This document shows, in pieces, positions 39,801 through 53,119 of a DNA stretch of 64,000 bases. This DNA is from Eledone cirrhosa (taxonomy: Eukaryota). Below the pieces are notes generated by a model. It did not search any database, was not told the origin of the DNA, and saw nothing but the letters and a program-made list of their open reading frames with translations. Position 1 is the first letter of the stretch. Each line of letters opens with the position of its first letter. Location: positions 210,614,001-210,678,000 of the forward strand of contig OZ024741.1 in NCBI GenBank assembly GCA_964016885.1, written 5' to 3'. The translations under genes were made by a program, and so were the position numbers.

Positions 39801-40693
39801 AGCCTCAGTTCACCTATCTCAGCCACAGTCCACTGTCTCAGCCACAGTCCACCTATCTCAGCCACAGTCCACTGTCTCAGCCACAGTCCACCTATCTCAA
39901 CCACAGTCCACTGTCTCAGCCACAGTCCACCTATCTCAGCCTCAGTCCACTGTCTCAGCCTCAGTCCACTGTCTCAGCCACAGTCCACTGTCTCAGCCTC
40001 AGTCCACTGTCTCAGCCACAGTCCACCTATCTCAGCCACAGTCCACTGTCTCAGCCACAGTCCACCTATCTCAGCCACAGTCCACTGTCTCAGCCTCAGT
40101 CCACCTATCTCAGCCAGAGTCCACTGTCTCAGCCTCAGTCCACTGTCTCAGCCACAGTCCGCCTATCTCAGCCACAGTCCACCTATCTCACCCTCAGTCC
40201 ACTGTCTCAGCCACAGTCCACCTATCTCAGCCTCAGTCCACTGTCTCAGCCTCAGTCCACTGTCTCAGCCTCAGTCCACCTATCTCAACCTCAGTCCACT
40301 GTCTCAGCCTCAGTCCACTGTCTCAGCCTCAGTCCACCTATCTCAGCCACAGTCCACTGTCTCACCCTCAGTCCACCGTCTCAGCCACAGTCCACTGTCT
40401 CAGCCACAGTCCACTGTCTCAGCCACAGTCCACTGTCTCAGCCACAGTCCACTGTCTCAGCCTCAGTCCACCTATCTCAACCACAGTCCACTGTCTCAGC
40501 CTCAGTCCACTGTCTCAGCCACAGTCCACCTATTTCAGCCACAGTCCACTGTCTCAGCCACAGTCCACCTATCTCAACCACAGTCCACTGTCTCAGCCTC
40601 AGTCCACTGTCTCAGCCACAGTCCACCTATTTCAGCCACAGTCCACTGTCTCAGCCACAGTCCACCTATCTCAGCCACAGTCCACTGTCTCAG
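30549..40693 (+). repeat. 5,045-bp tandem duplication (about 30549-35648 vs 35594-40693)
   Basis: GTGCAC 33299/38344, the GCCTAAG variant base 32040/37085 and TCGG 33542/38587 are offset by 5,045. The 420-aa ORF translations at 33299 and 38344 are identical. Confidence 0.93.
33785..34295 (+). repeat. Tandem run of a 98-bp five-monomer unit (B-A-B-A-B), a representative copy
   Basis: TATCTCAGTCTCAG occurs at 33792, 33890, 33988, 34086, 34184 and 34282, an exact 98-bp spacing. The same run appears at 363-657, at 22493-22983 and in most units after 33 kb. Confidence 0.9.
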
Positions 40694-42989
40694 TCTCAGT
40701 CCACCTATCTCAGTCTCAGTCCACTGTCTCAGCCACAGTCCACTGTCTCAGTCTCAGTCCACCTATCTCAGCCACAGTCCACTGTCTCAGCCTCAGTCCA
40801 CTGTCTCAGCCACAGTCCACTGTCTCAGCCTCAGTCCACTGTCTCAGCCTCAGTCCACCTATCTCAACCACAGTCCACTGTCTCAGCCTCAGTTCACCTA
40901 TCTCAGCCACAGTCCACTGTCTCAGCCTCAGTCCACTGTCTCAGCCACAGTCCACTGTCTCAGCCTCAGTCCACTGTCTCAGCCTCAGTCCACCTATCTC
41001 AACCACAGTCCACTGTCTCAGCCACAGTCCACCTATCTCAGCCACAGTCCACTGTCTCAGCCTCAGTCCACTGTCTCAGCCACAGTCCACCTATCTCAGC
41101 CACAGTCCACTGTCTCAGTCTCAGTCCACCTATCTCAGCCACAGTCCACTGTCTCAGCCACAGTCCACCTATCTCAGCCACAGTCCACCTATCTCAGCCA
41201 CAGTCCACTGTCTCAGCCACAGTCCACCTATCTCAGTCTCAGTCCACTGTCTCAGCCACAGTCCACTGTCTCAGTCTCAGTCCACCTATCTCAGCCACAG
41301 TCCACTGTCTCAGCCACAGTCCACCTATCTCAGCCACAGTCCACTGTCTCAGCCACATTCCACCTATCTCAGTCTCAGTCCACTGTCTCAGCCACAGTCC
41401 ACTGTCTCATTCTCAGTCCACCTATCTCAGCCACAGTCCACTGTCTCAGCCACAGTCCACCTATCTCAGCCACAGTCCACCTATCTCAGCCACAGTCCAC
41501 CTATCTCACCCTCAGTCCACTGTCTCAGCCACAGTCCACCTATCTCAGCCTCAGTCCACTGTCTCAGCCTCAGTCCACTGTCTCAGCCTCAGTCCACCTA
41601 TCTCAGCCTCAGTCCACTGTCTCAGCCTCAGTCCACTGTCTCAGCCTCAGTCCACCTATCTCAGCCACAGTCCACTGTCTCACCCTCAGTCCACCGTCTC
41701 AGCCACAGTCCACTGTCTCAGCCACAGTCCACTGTCTCAGCCACAGTCCACTGTCTCAGCCACAGTCCACTGTCTCAGCCTCAGTTCACCTATCTCAACC
41801 ACAGTCCACTGTCTCAGCCTCAGTTCACCTGTCTCAACCACAGTCCACTGTCTCAGCCTCAGTCCACCTATCTCAGCCACAGTCCACTGTCTCAACCACA
41901 GTCCACTGTCTCAGCCTCAGTTCACCTATCTCAACCACAGTCCACTGTCTCAGCCTCAGTCCACTGTCTCAGCCACAGTCCACTGTCTCAGCCTCAGTCC
42001 ACTGTCTCAGCCACAGTCCACCTATCTCAGCCACAGTCCACTGTCTCAGCCACAGTCCACCTATCTCAGCCACAGTCCACTGTCTCAGCCACAGTCCACC
42101 TATCTCGGCCACAGTACACTGTCTCAGCCTCAGTTCACCTATCTCAACCACAGTCCACTGTCTCAGCCTCAGTTCACCTATCTCAGCCACAGTCCACTGT
42201 CTCAGCCACAGTCCACCTATCTCAGTCTCAGTCCACTCTCTCAGCCACAGTCCACCTATCTCAGCCACAGTCCACTGTCTCAGCCTCAGTTCACCTATCT
42301 CAACCACAGTCCACTGTCTCAGCCTCAGTTCACCTATCTCAGCCACAGTCCACCTATCTCAGTCTCAGTCCACTGTCTCAGCCACAGTCCACCTATCTCA
42401 GCCACAGTCCACTGTCTCAGCCTCAGTTCACCTATCTCAACCACAGTCCACCTATCTCAGTCTCAGTCCACTGTCTCAGCCACAGTCCACCTATCTCAGC
42501 CACAGTCCACTGTCTCAGCCTCAGTTCACCTATCTCAACCACAGTCCACCTATCTCAGTCTCAGTCCACTGTCTCAGCCACAGTCCACCTATCTCAACCA
42601 CAGTCCACTGTCTCAGCCTCAGTTCACCTATCTCAGCCACAGTCCACCTATCTCAGTCTCAGTCCACTGTCTCAGCCACAGTCCACCTATCTCAGCCACA
42701 GTCCACTGTCTCAGCCTCAGTTCACCTATCTCAACCACAGTCCACCTATCTCAGTCTCAGTCCACTGTCTCAGCCACAGTCCACTGTCTCAGCCACAGTC
42801 CACCTATCTCAGCCACAGTCCACTGTCTCAGCCTCAGTTCACCTATCTCAACCACAGTCCACCTATCTCAGCCTCAGTCCACTGTCTCAGCCTCAGTTCA
42901 CCTATCTCAGCCACAGTCCACTGTCTCAGCCACAGTCCACCTATCTCAGCCACAGTCCACTGTCTCAGCCACAGTCCACCTATCTCAGC

Positions 42990-45900
42990 CACAGTCCACC
43001 TATCTAAGCCACAGTCCACTGTCTCAGCCTCAGTTCACCTATCTCAACCACAGTCCACCTATCTCAGTCTCAGTCCACTGTCTCAGCCACAGTCCACTGT
43101 CTCAGCCTCAGTTCACCTATCTCAACCACAGTCCACCTATCTCAGCCTCAGTCCACTGTCTCAGCCACAGTCCACCTATCTCAGCCACAGTCCACTGTCT
43201 CAGCCACAGTCCACTGTCTCAGTCTCAGTCCACCTATCTCAGCCACAGTCCACTGTCTCAGCCACAGTCTACCTATCTCAGCCACAGTCCACCTATCTCA
43301 GCCACAGTCCACTGTCTCAGCCACAGTCCACCTATCTCAGTCTCAGTCCACTGTCTCAGCCACAGTCCACTGTCTCAGTCTCAGTCCACCTATCTCAGCC
43401 ACAGTCCACTGTCTCAGCCACAGTCCACCTATCTCAGCCACAGTCCACTGTCTCAGCCACATTCCACCTATCTCAGTCTCAGTCCACTGTCTCAGCCACA
43501 GTCCACTGTCTCATTCTCAGTCCACCTATCTCAGCCACAGTCCACTGTCTCAGCCACAGTCCACCTATCTCAGCCACAGTCCACCTATCTCAGCCACAGT
43601 CCACCTATCTCACCCTCAGTCCACTGTCTCAGCCACAGTCCACCTATCTCAGCCTCAGTCCACTGTCTCAGCCTCAGTCCACTGTCTCAGCCTCAGTCCA
43701 CCTATCTCAGCCTCAGTCCACTGTCTCAGCCTCAGTCCACTGTCTCAGCCTCAGTCCACCTATCTCAGCCACAGTCCACTGTCTCACCCTCAGTCCACCG
43801 TCTCAGCCACAGTCCACTGTCTCAGCCACAGTCCACTGTCTCAGCCACAGTCCACTGTCTCAGCCACAGTCCACTGTCTCAGCCTCAGTTCACCTATCTC
43901 AACCACAGTCCACTGTCTCAGCCTCAGTTCACCTATCTCAACCACAGTCCACTGTCTCAGCCTCAGTCCACTGTCTCAGCCTCAGTTCACCTATCTCAAC
44001 CACAGTCCACTGTCTCAGCCTCAGTCCACTGTCTCAGCCACAGTCCACTGTCTCAGCCACAGTCCACTGTCTCAGCCTCAGTCCACTGTCTCAGCCACAG
44101 TCCACTGTCTCAGTCTCAGTCCACTGTCTCAGCCTCAGTCCACCTATCTCAGCCACAGTCCACTGTCTCAACCACAGTCCACTGTCTCAGCCTCAGTTCA
44201 CCTATCTCAACCACAGTCCACTGTCTCAGCCTCAGTCCACTGTCTCAGCCACAGTCCACTGTCTCAGCCTCAGTCCACTGTCTCAGCCACAGTCCACCTA
44301 TCTCAGCCACAGTCCACTGTCTCAGCCACAGTCCACCTATCTCAGCCACAGTCCACTGTCTCAGCCACAGTCCACCTATCTCGGCCACAGTACACTGTCT
44401 CAGCCTCAGTTCACCTATCTCAACCACAGTCCACTGTCTCAGCCTCAGTTCACCTATCTCAGCCACAGTCCACTGTCTCAGCCACAGTCCACCTATCTCA
44501 GCCACAGTCCACTGTCTCAGCCTCAGTTCACCTATCTCAACCACAGTCCACTGTCTCAGCCTCAGTTCACCTATCTCAGCCACAGTCCACCTATCTCAGT
44601 CTCAGTCCACTGTCTCAGCCACAGTCCACCTATCTCAGCCACAGTCCACTGTCTCAGCCACAGTCCACCTATCTCAACCACAGTCCACTGTCTCAGCCAC
44701 AGTCCACCTATCTAAGCCACAGTCCACTGTCTCAGCCTCAGTTCACCTATCTCAACCACAGTCCACCTATCTCAGTCTCAGTCCACTGTCTCAGCCACAG
44801 TCCACTGTCTCAGCCTCAGTTCACCTATCTCAACCACAGTCCACCTATCTCAGCCTCAGTCCACTGTCTCAGCCACAGTCCACCTATCTCAGCCACAGTC
44901 CACTGTCTCAGCCACAGTCCACTGTCTCAGTCTCAGTCCACCTATCTCAGCCACAGTCCACTGTCTCAGCCACAGTCCACCTATCTCAGCCACAGTCCAC
45001 CTATCTCAGCCACAGTCCACTGTCTCAGCCACAGTCCACCTATCTCAGTCTCAGTCCACTGTCTCAGCCACAGTCCACTGTCTCAGTCTCAGTCCACCTA
45101 TCTCAGCCACAGTCCACTGTCTCAGCCACAGTCCACCTATCTCAGCCACAGTCCACTGTCTCAGCCACATTCCACCTATCTCAGTCTCAGTCCACTGTCT
45201 CAGCCACAGTCCACTGTCTCATTCTCAGTCCACCTATCTCAGCCACAGTCCACTGTCTCAGCCACAGTCCACCTATCTCAGCCACAGTCCACCTATCTCA
45301 GCCACAGTCCACCTATCTCACCCTCAGTCCACTGTCTCAGCCACAGTCCACCTATCTCAGCCTCAGTCCACTGTCTCAGCCTCAGTCCACTGTCTCAGCC
45401 TCAGTCCACCTATCTCAGCCTCAGTCCACTGTCTCAGCCTCAGTCCACTGTCTCAGCCTCAGTCCACCTATCTCAGCCACAGTCCACTGTCTCACCCTCA
45501 GTCCACCGTCTCAGCCACAGTCCACTGTCTCAGCCACAGTCCACTGTCTCAGCCACAGTCCACTGTCTCAGCCACAGTCCACTGTCTCAGCCTCAGTTCA
45601 CCTATCTCAACCACAGTCCACTGTCTCAGCCTCAGTTCACCTATCTCAACCACAGTCCACTGTCTCAGCCTCAGTCCACTGTCTCAGCCTCAGTTCACCT
45701 ATCTCAACCACAGTCCACTGTCTCAGCCTCAGTCCACTGTCTCAGCCACAGTCCACTGTCTCAGCCACAGTCCACTGTCTCAGCCTCAGTCCACTGTCTC
45801 AGCCACAGTCCACTGTCTCAGTCTCAGTCCACTGTCTCAGCCTCAGTCCACCTATCTCAGCCACAGTCCACTGTCTCAACCACAGTCCACTGTCTCAGCC

Positions 45901-46367
45901 TCAGTTCACCTATCTCAACCACAGTCCACTGTCTCAGCCTCAGTCCACTGTCTCAGCCACAGTCCACTGTCTCAGCCTCAGTCCACTGTCTCAGCCACAG
46001 TCCACCTATCTCAGCCACAGTCCACTGTCTCAGCCACAGTCCACCTATCTCAGCCACAGTCCACTGTCTCAGCCACAGTCCACCTATCTCGGCCACAGTA
46101 CACTGTCTCAGCCTCAGTTCACCTATCTCAACCACAGTCCACTGTCTCAGCCTCAGTTCACCTATCTCAGCCACAGTCCACTGTCTCAGCCACAGTCCAC
46201 CTATCTCAGCCACAGTCCACTGTCTCAGCCTCAGTTCACCTATCTCAACCACAGTCCACTGTCTCAGCCTCAGTTCACCTATCTCAGCCACAGTCCACCT
46301 ATCTCAGTCTCAGTCCACTGTCTCAGCCACAGTCCACCTATCTCAGCCACAGTCCACTGTCTCAGCC
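42990..46367 (+). repeat. 1,708-bp tandem duplication
   Basis: TAA of ATCTAAG 43005/44713, TCGG 44381/46089 and ORFs 44245/45953 are all offset by 1,708. Confidence 0.9.
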
Positions 46368-49300
46368 TCAGTTCACCTATCTCAGCCACAGTCCACCTAT
46401 CTCAGTCTCAGTCCACTGTCTCAGCCACAGTCCACCTATCTCAGCCACAGTCCACTGTCTCAGCCTCAGTTCACCTATCTCAACCACAGTCCACCTATCT
46501 CAGTCTCAGTCCACTGTCTCAGCCACAGTCCACCTATCTCAGCCACAGTCCACTGTCTCAGCCTCAGTTCACCTATCTCAACCACAGTCCACCTATCTCA
46601 GTCTCAGTCCACTGTCTCAGCCACCGTCCACCTATCTCAACCACAGTCCACTGTCTCAGCCTCAGTTCACCTATCTCAGCCACAGTCCACCTATCTCAGT
46701 CTCAGTCCACTGTCTCAGCCACAGTCCACCTATCTCAGCCACAGTCCACTGTCTCAGCCTCAGTTCACCTATCTCAACCACAGTCCACCTATCTCAGTCT
46801 CAGTCCACTGTCTCAGCCACAGTCCACTGTCTCAGCCACAGTCCACCTATCTCAGCCACAGTCCACTGTCTCAGCCTCAGTTCACCTATCTCAACCACAG
46901 TCCACCTATCTCAGCCTCAGTCCACTGTCTCAGCCTCAGTTCACCTATCTCAGCCACAGTCCACTGTCTCAGCCACAGTCCACCTATCTCAGCCACAGTC
47001 CACTGTCTCAGCCACAGTCCACCTATCTCAACCACAGTCCACTGTCTCAGCCACAGTCCACCTATCTAAGCCACAGTCCACTGTCTCAGCCTCAGTTCAC
47101 CTATCTCAACCACAGTCCACCTATCTCAGTCTCAGTCCACTGTGTCAGCCACAGTCCACTGTCTCAGCCACAGTCCACCTATCTCAGCCACAGTCCACTG
47201 TCTCAGCCTCAGTTCACCTATCTCAACCACAGTCCACCTATCTCAGCCTCAGTCCACTGTCTCAGCCTCAGTTCACCTATCTCAGCCACAGTCCACTGTC
47301 TCAGCCACAGTCCACCTATCTCAGCCACAGTCCACTGTCTCAGCCACAGTCCACCTATCTCAACCACAGTCCACTGTCTCAGCCACAGTCCACCTATCTC
47401 AGCCTCAGTCCACTGTCTCAGCCTCAGTCCACTGTCTCAGCCACAGTCCACTGTCTCAGCCTCAGTCCACTGTCTCAGCCACAGTCCACCTATCTCAGCC
47501 ACAGTCCACTGTCTCAGCCACAGTCCACCTATCTCAGCCACAGTCCACTGTCTCAGCCTCAGTCCACCTATCTCAGCCAGAGTCCACTGTCTCAGCCTCA
47601 GTCCACTGTCTCAGCCACAGTCCGCCTATCTCAGCCACAGTCCACCTATCTCACCCTCAGTCCACTGTCTCAGCCACAGTCCACCTATTTCAGCCTCAGT
47701 CCACTGTCTCAGCCTCAGTCCACTGTCTCAGCCTCAGTCCACCTATCTCAACCTCAGTCCACTGTCTCAGCCTCAGTCCACTGTCTCAGCCTCAGTCCAC
47801 CTATCTCAGCCACAGTCCACTGTCTCACCCTCAGTCCACCGTCTCAGCCACAGTCCACTGTCTCAGCCACAGTCCACTGTCTCAGCCACAGTCCACTGTC
47901 TCAGCCACAGTCCACTGTCTCAGCCTCAGTCCACCTATCTCAACCACAGTCCACTGTCTCAGCCAAGTCCACCTATCTCAGCCACAGTCCACTGTCTCAG
48001 CCTCAGTTCACCTATCTCAACCACAGTCCACCTATCTCAGCCTCAGTCCACTGTCTCAGCCTCAGTTCACCTATCTCAGCCACAGTCCACTGTCTCAGCC
48101 ACAGTCCACCTATCTCAGCCACAGTCCACTGTCTCAGCCACAGTCCACCTATCTCAACCACAGTCCACTGTCTCAGCCACAGTCCACCTATCTAAGCCAC
48201 AGTCCACTGTCTCAGCCTCAGTTCACCTATCTCAACCACAGTCCACCTATCTCAGTCTCAGTCCACTGTCTCAGCCACAGTCCACTGTCTCAGCCACAGT
48301 CCACCTATCTCAGCCACAGTCCACTGTCTCAGCCTCAGTTCACCTATCTCAACCACAGTCCACCTATCTCAGCCTCAGTCCACTGTCTCAGCCACAGTCC
48401 ACCTATCTCAGCCACAGTCCACTGTCTCAGCCACAGTCCACTGTCTCAGTCTCAGTCCACCTATCTCAGCCACAGTCCACTGTCTCAGCCACAGTCCACC
48501 TATCTCAGCCACAGTCCACCTATCTCAGCCACAGTCCACTGTCTCAGCCACAGTCCACCTATCTCAGTCTCAGTCCACTGTCTCAGCCACAGTCCACTGT
48601 CTCAGTCTCAGTCCACCTATCTCAGCCACAGTCCACTGTCTCAGCCACAGTCCACCTATCTCAGCCACAGTCCACTGTCTCAGCCACATTCCACCTATCT
48701 CAGTCTCAGTCCACTGTCTCAGCCACAGTCCACTGTCTCATTCTCAGTCCACCTATCTCAGCCACAGTCCACTGTCTCAGCCACAGTCCACCTATCTCAG
48801 CCACAGTCCACCTATCTCAGCCACAGTCCACCTATCTCACCCTCAGTCCACTGTCTCAGCCACAGTCCACCTATCTCAGCCTCAGTCCACTGTCTCAGCC
48901 TCAGTCCACTGTCTCAGCCTCAGTCCACCTATCTCAGCCTCAGTCCACTGTCTCAGCCTCAGTCCACTGTCTCAGCCTCAGTCCACCTATCTCAGCCACA
49001 GTCCACTGTCTCACCCTCAGTCCACCGTCTCAGCCACAGTCCACTGTCTCAGCCACAGTCCACTGTCTCAGCCACAGTCCACTGTCTCAGCCACAGTCCA
49101 CTGTCTCAGCCTCAGTTCACCTATCTCAACCACAGTCCACTGTCTCAGCCTCAGTCCACCTATCTCAGCCACAGTCCACTGTCTCAACCACAGTCCACTG
49201 TCTCAGCCTCAGTTCACCTATCTCAACCACAGTCCACTGTCTCAGCCTCAGTCCACTGTCTCAGCCACAGTCCACTGTCTCAGCCTCAGTCCACTGTCTC

Positions 49301-51559
49301 AGCCACAGTCCACCTATCTCAGCCACAGTCCACTGTCTCAGCCACAGTCCACCTATCTCAGCCACAGTCCACTGTCTCAGCCACAGTCCACCTATCTCGG
49401 CCACAGTACACTGTCTCAGCCTCAGTTCACCTATCTCAACCACAGTCCACTGTCTCAGCCTCAGTTCACCTATCTCAGCCACAGTCCACTGTCTCAGCCA
49501 CAGTCCACCTATCTCAGTCTCAGTCCACTGTCTCAGCCACAGTCCACCTATCTCAGCCACAGTCCACTGTCTCAGCCTCAGTTCACCTATCTCAACCACA
49601 GTCCACTGTCTCAGCCTCAGTTCACCTATCTCAGCCACAGTCCACCTATCTCAGTCTCAGTCCACTGTCTCAGCCACAGTCCACCTATCTCAGCCACAGT
49701 CCACTGTCTCAGCCTCAGTTCACCTATCTCAGCCACAGTCCACCTATCTCAGTCTCAGTCCACTGTCTCAGCCACAGTCCACCTATCTCAGCCACAGTCC
49801 ACTGTCTCAGCCTCAGTTCACCTATCTCAACCACAGTCCACCTATCTCAGTCTCAGTCCACTGTCTCAGCCACAGTCCACTGTCTCAGCCACAGTCCACT
49901 GTCTCAGCCACAGTCCACTGTCTCAGCCACAGTCCACCTATCTCAGCCACAGTCCACTGTCTCAGCCTCAGTTCACCTATCTCAACCACAGTCCACCTAT
50001 CTCAGCCTCAGTCCACTGTCTCAGCCTCAGTTCACCTATCTCAGCCACAGTCCACTGTCTCAGCCACAGTCCACCTATCTCAGCCACAGTCCACTGTCTC
50101 AGCCACAGTCCACCTATCTCAACCACAGTCCACTGTCTCAGCCACAGTCCACCTATCTAAGCCACAGTCCACTGTCTCAGCCTCAGTTCACCTATCTCAA
50201 CCACAGTCCACCTATCTCAGTCTCAGTCCACTGTCTCAGCCACAGTCCACTGTCTCAGCCACAGTCCACCTATCTCAGCCACAGTCCACTGTCTCAGCCT
50301 CAGTTCACCTATCTCAACCACAGTCCACCTATCTCAGCCTCAGTCCACTGTCTCAGCCTCAGTTCACCTATCTCAGCCACAGTCCACTGTCTCAGCCACA
50401 GTCCACCTATCTCAGCCACAGTCCACTGTCTCAGCCACAGTCCACCTATCTCAACCACAGTCCACTGTCTCAGCCACAGTCCACCTATCTCAGCCTCCGT
50501 CCACTGTCTCAGCCTCAGTCCACTGTCTCAGCCACAGTCCACTGTCTCAGCCTCAGTCCACTGTCTCAGCCACAGTCCACCTATCTCAGCCACAGTCCAC
50601 TGTCTCAGCCACAGTCCACCTATCTCAGCCACAGTCCACTGTCTCAGCCTCAGTCCACCTATCTCAGCCAGAGTCCACTGTCTCAGCCTCAGTCCACTGT
50701 CTCAGCCACAGTCCGCCTATCTCAGCCACAGTCCACCTATCTCACCCTCAGTCCACTGTCTCAGCCACAGTCCACCTATCTCAGCCTCAGTCCACTGTCT
50801 CAGCCTCAGTCCACTGTCTCAGCCTCAGTCCACCTATCTCAACCTCAGTCCACTGTCTCAGCCTCAGTCCACTGTCTCAGCCTCAGTCCACCTATCTCAG
50901 CCACAGTCCACTGTCTCACCCTCAGTCCACCGTCTCAGCCACAGTCCACTGTCTCAGCCACAGTCCACTGTCTCAGCCACAGTCCACTGTCTCAGCCACA
51001 TTCCACTGTCTCAGCCTCAGTCCACCTATCTCAACCACAGTCCACTGTCTCAGCCTCAGTCCACTGTCTCAGCCACAGTCCACCTATTTCAGCCACAGTC
51101 CACTGTCTCAGCCACAGTCCACCTATCTCAACCACAGTCCACTGTCTCAGCCTCAGTCCACTGTCTCAGCCACAGTCCACCTATTTCAGCCACAGTCCAC
51201 TGTCTCAGCCACAGTCCACCTATCTCAGCCACAGTCCACTGTCTCAGTCTCAGTCCACCTATCTCAGTCTCAGTCCACTGTCTCAGCCACAGTCCACTGT
51301 CTCAGTCTCAGTCCACCTATCTCAGCCACAGTCCACTGTCTCAGCCTCAGTCCACTGTCTCAGCCACAGTCCACTGTCTCAGCCTCAGTCCACTGTCTCA
51401 GCCTCAGTCCACCTATCTCAACCACAGTCCACTGTCTCAGCCTCAGTTCACCTATCTCAGCCACAGTCCACTGTCTCAGCCTCAGTCCACTGTCTCAGCC
51501 ACAGTCCACTGTCTCAGCCTCAGTCCACTGTCTCAGCCTCAGTCCACCTATCTCAACCA

Positions 51560-52420
51560 CAGTCCACTGTCTCAGCCACAGTCCACCTATCTCAGCCACA
51601 GTCCACTGTCTCAGCCTCAGTCCACTGTCTCAGCCACAGTCCACCTATCTCAGCCACAGTCCACTGTCTCAGCCACAGTCCACTGTCTCAGTCTCAGTCC
51701 ACCTATCTCAGCCACAGTCCACTGTCTCAGCCACAGTCCACCTATCTCAGCCACAGTCCACCTATCTCAGCCACAGTCCACTGTCTCAGCCACAGTCCAC
51801 TGTCTCAGTCTCAGTCCACCTATCTCAGCCACAGTCCACTGTCTCAGCCACAGTCCACCTATCTCAGCCACAGTCCACTGTCTCAGCCACATTCCACCTA
51901 TCTCAGTTTCAGTCCACTGTCTCAGCCACAGTCCACTGTCTCATTCTCAGTCCACCTATCTCAGCCACAGTCCACTGTCTCAGCCACAGTCCACCTATCT
52001 CAGCCACAGTCCACTGTCTCAGCCTCAGTCCACTGTCTCAGCCACAGTCCACCTATCTCAGCCACAGTCCACTGTCTCAGCCACAGTCCACTGTCTCAGT
52101 CTCAGTCCACCTATCTCAGCCACAGTCCACTGTCTCAGCCACAGTCCACCTATCTCAGCCACAGTCCACCTATCTCAGCCACAGACCACTGTCTCAGCCA
52201 CAGTCCACTGTCTCAGTCTCAGTCCACCTATCTCAGCCACAGTCCACTGTCTCAGCCACAGTCCACCTATCTCAGCCACAGTCCACTGTCTCAGCCACAT
52301 TCCACCTATCTCAGTTTCAGTCCACTGTCTCAGCCACAGTCCACTGTCTCATTCTCAGTCCACCTATCTCAGCCACAGTCCACTGTCTCAGCCACAGTCC
52401 ACCTATCTCAGCCACAGTCC
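51560..52420 (+). repeat. 408-bp tandem duplication (boundaries approximate)
   Basis: ATTCCACC 51891/52299 and the private variant GTTTCAG (in TCAGTTTCAG) 51906/52314 are offset by 408. Confidence 0.85.
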
Positions 52421-53119
52421 ACCTATCTCAGCCACAGTCCACCTATCTCACCCTCAGTCCACTGTCTCAGCCACAGTCCACCTATCTCAGCCTCAGTCCA
52501 CTGTCTCAGCCTCAGTCCACTGTCTCAGCCTCGGTCCACCTATCTCAGCCTCAGTCCACTGTCTCAGCCTCAGTCCACTGTCTCAGCCTCAGTCCACCTA
52601 TCTCAGCCACAGTCCACTGTCTCACCCTCAGTCCACCGTCTCAGCCACAGTCCACTGTCTCAGCCACAGTCCACTGTCTCAGCCACAGTCCACTGTCTCA
52701 GCCACAGTCCACTGTCTCAGCCTCAGTTCACCTATCTCAACCACAGTCCACTGTCTCAGCCTCAGTTCACCTATCTCAACCACAGTCCACTGTCTCAGCC
52801 TCAGTCCACTGTCTCAGCCTCAGTTCACCTATCTCAACCACAGTCCACTGTCTCAGCCTCAGTCCACTGTCTCAGCCACAGTCCACTGTCTCAGCCACAG
52901 TCCACTGTCTCAGCCTCAGTCCACTGTCTCAGCCACAGTCCACTGTCTCAGTCTCAGTCCACTGTCTCAGCCTCAGTCCACCTATCTCAGCCACAGTCCA
53001 CTGTCTCAACCACAGTCCACTGTCTCAGCCTCAGTTCACCTATCTCAACCACAGTCCACTGTCTCAGCCTCAGTCCACTGTCTCAGCCACAGTCCACTGT
53101 CTCAGCCTCAGTCCACTGT

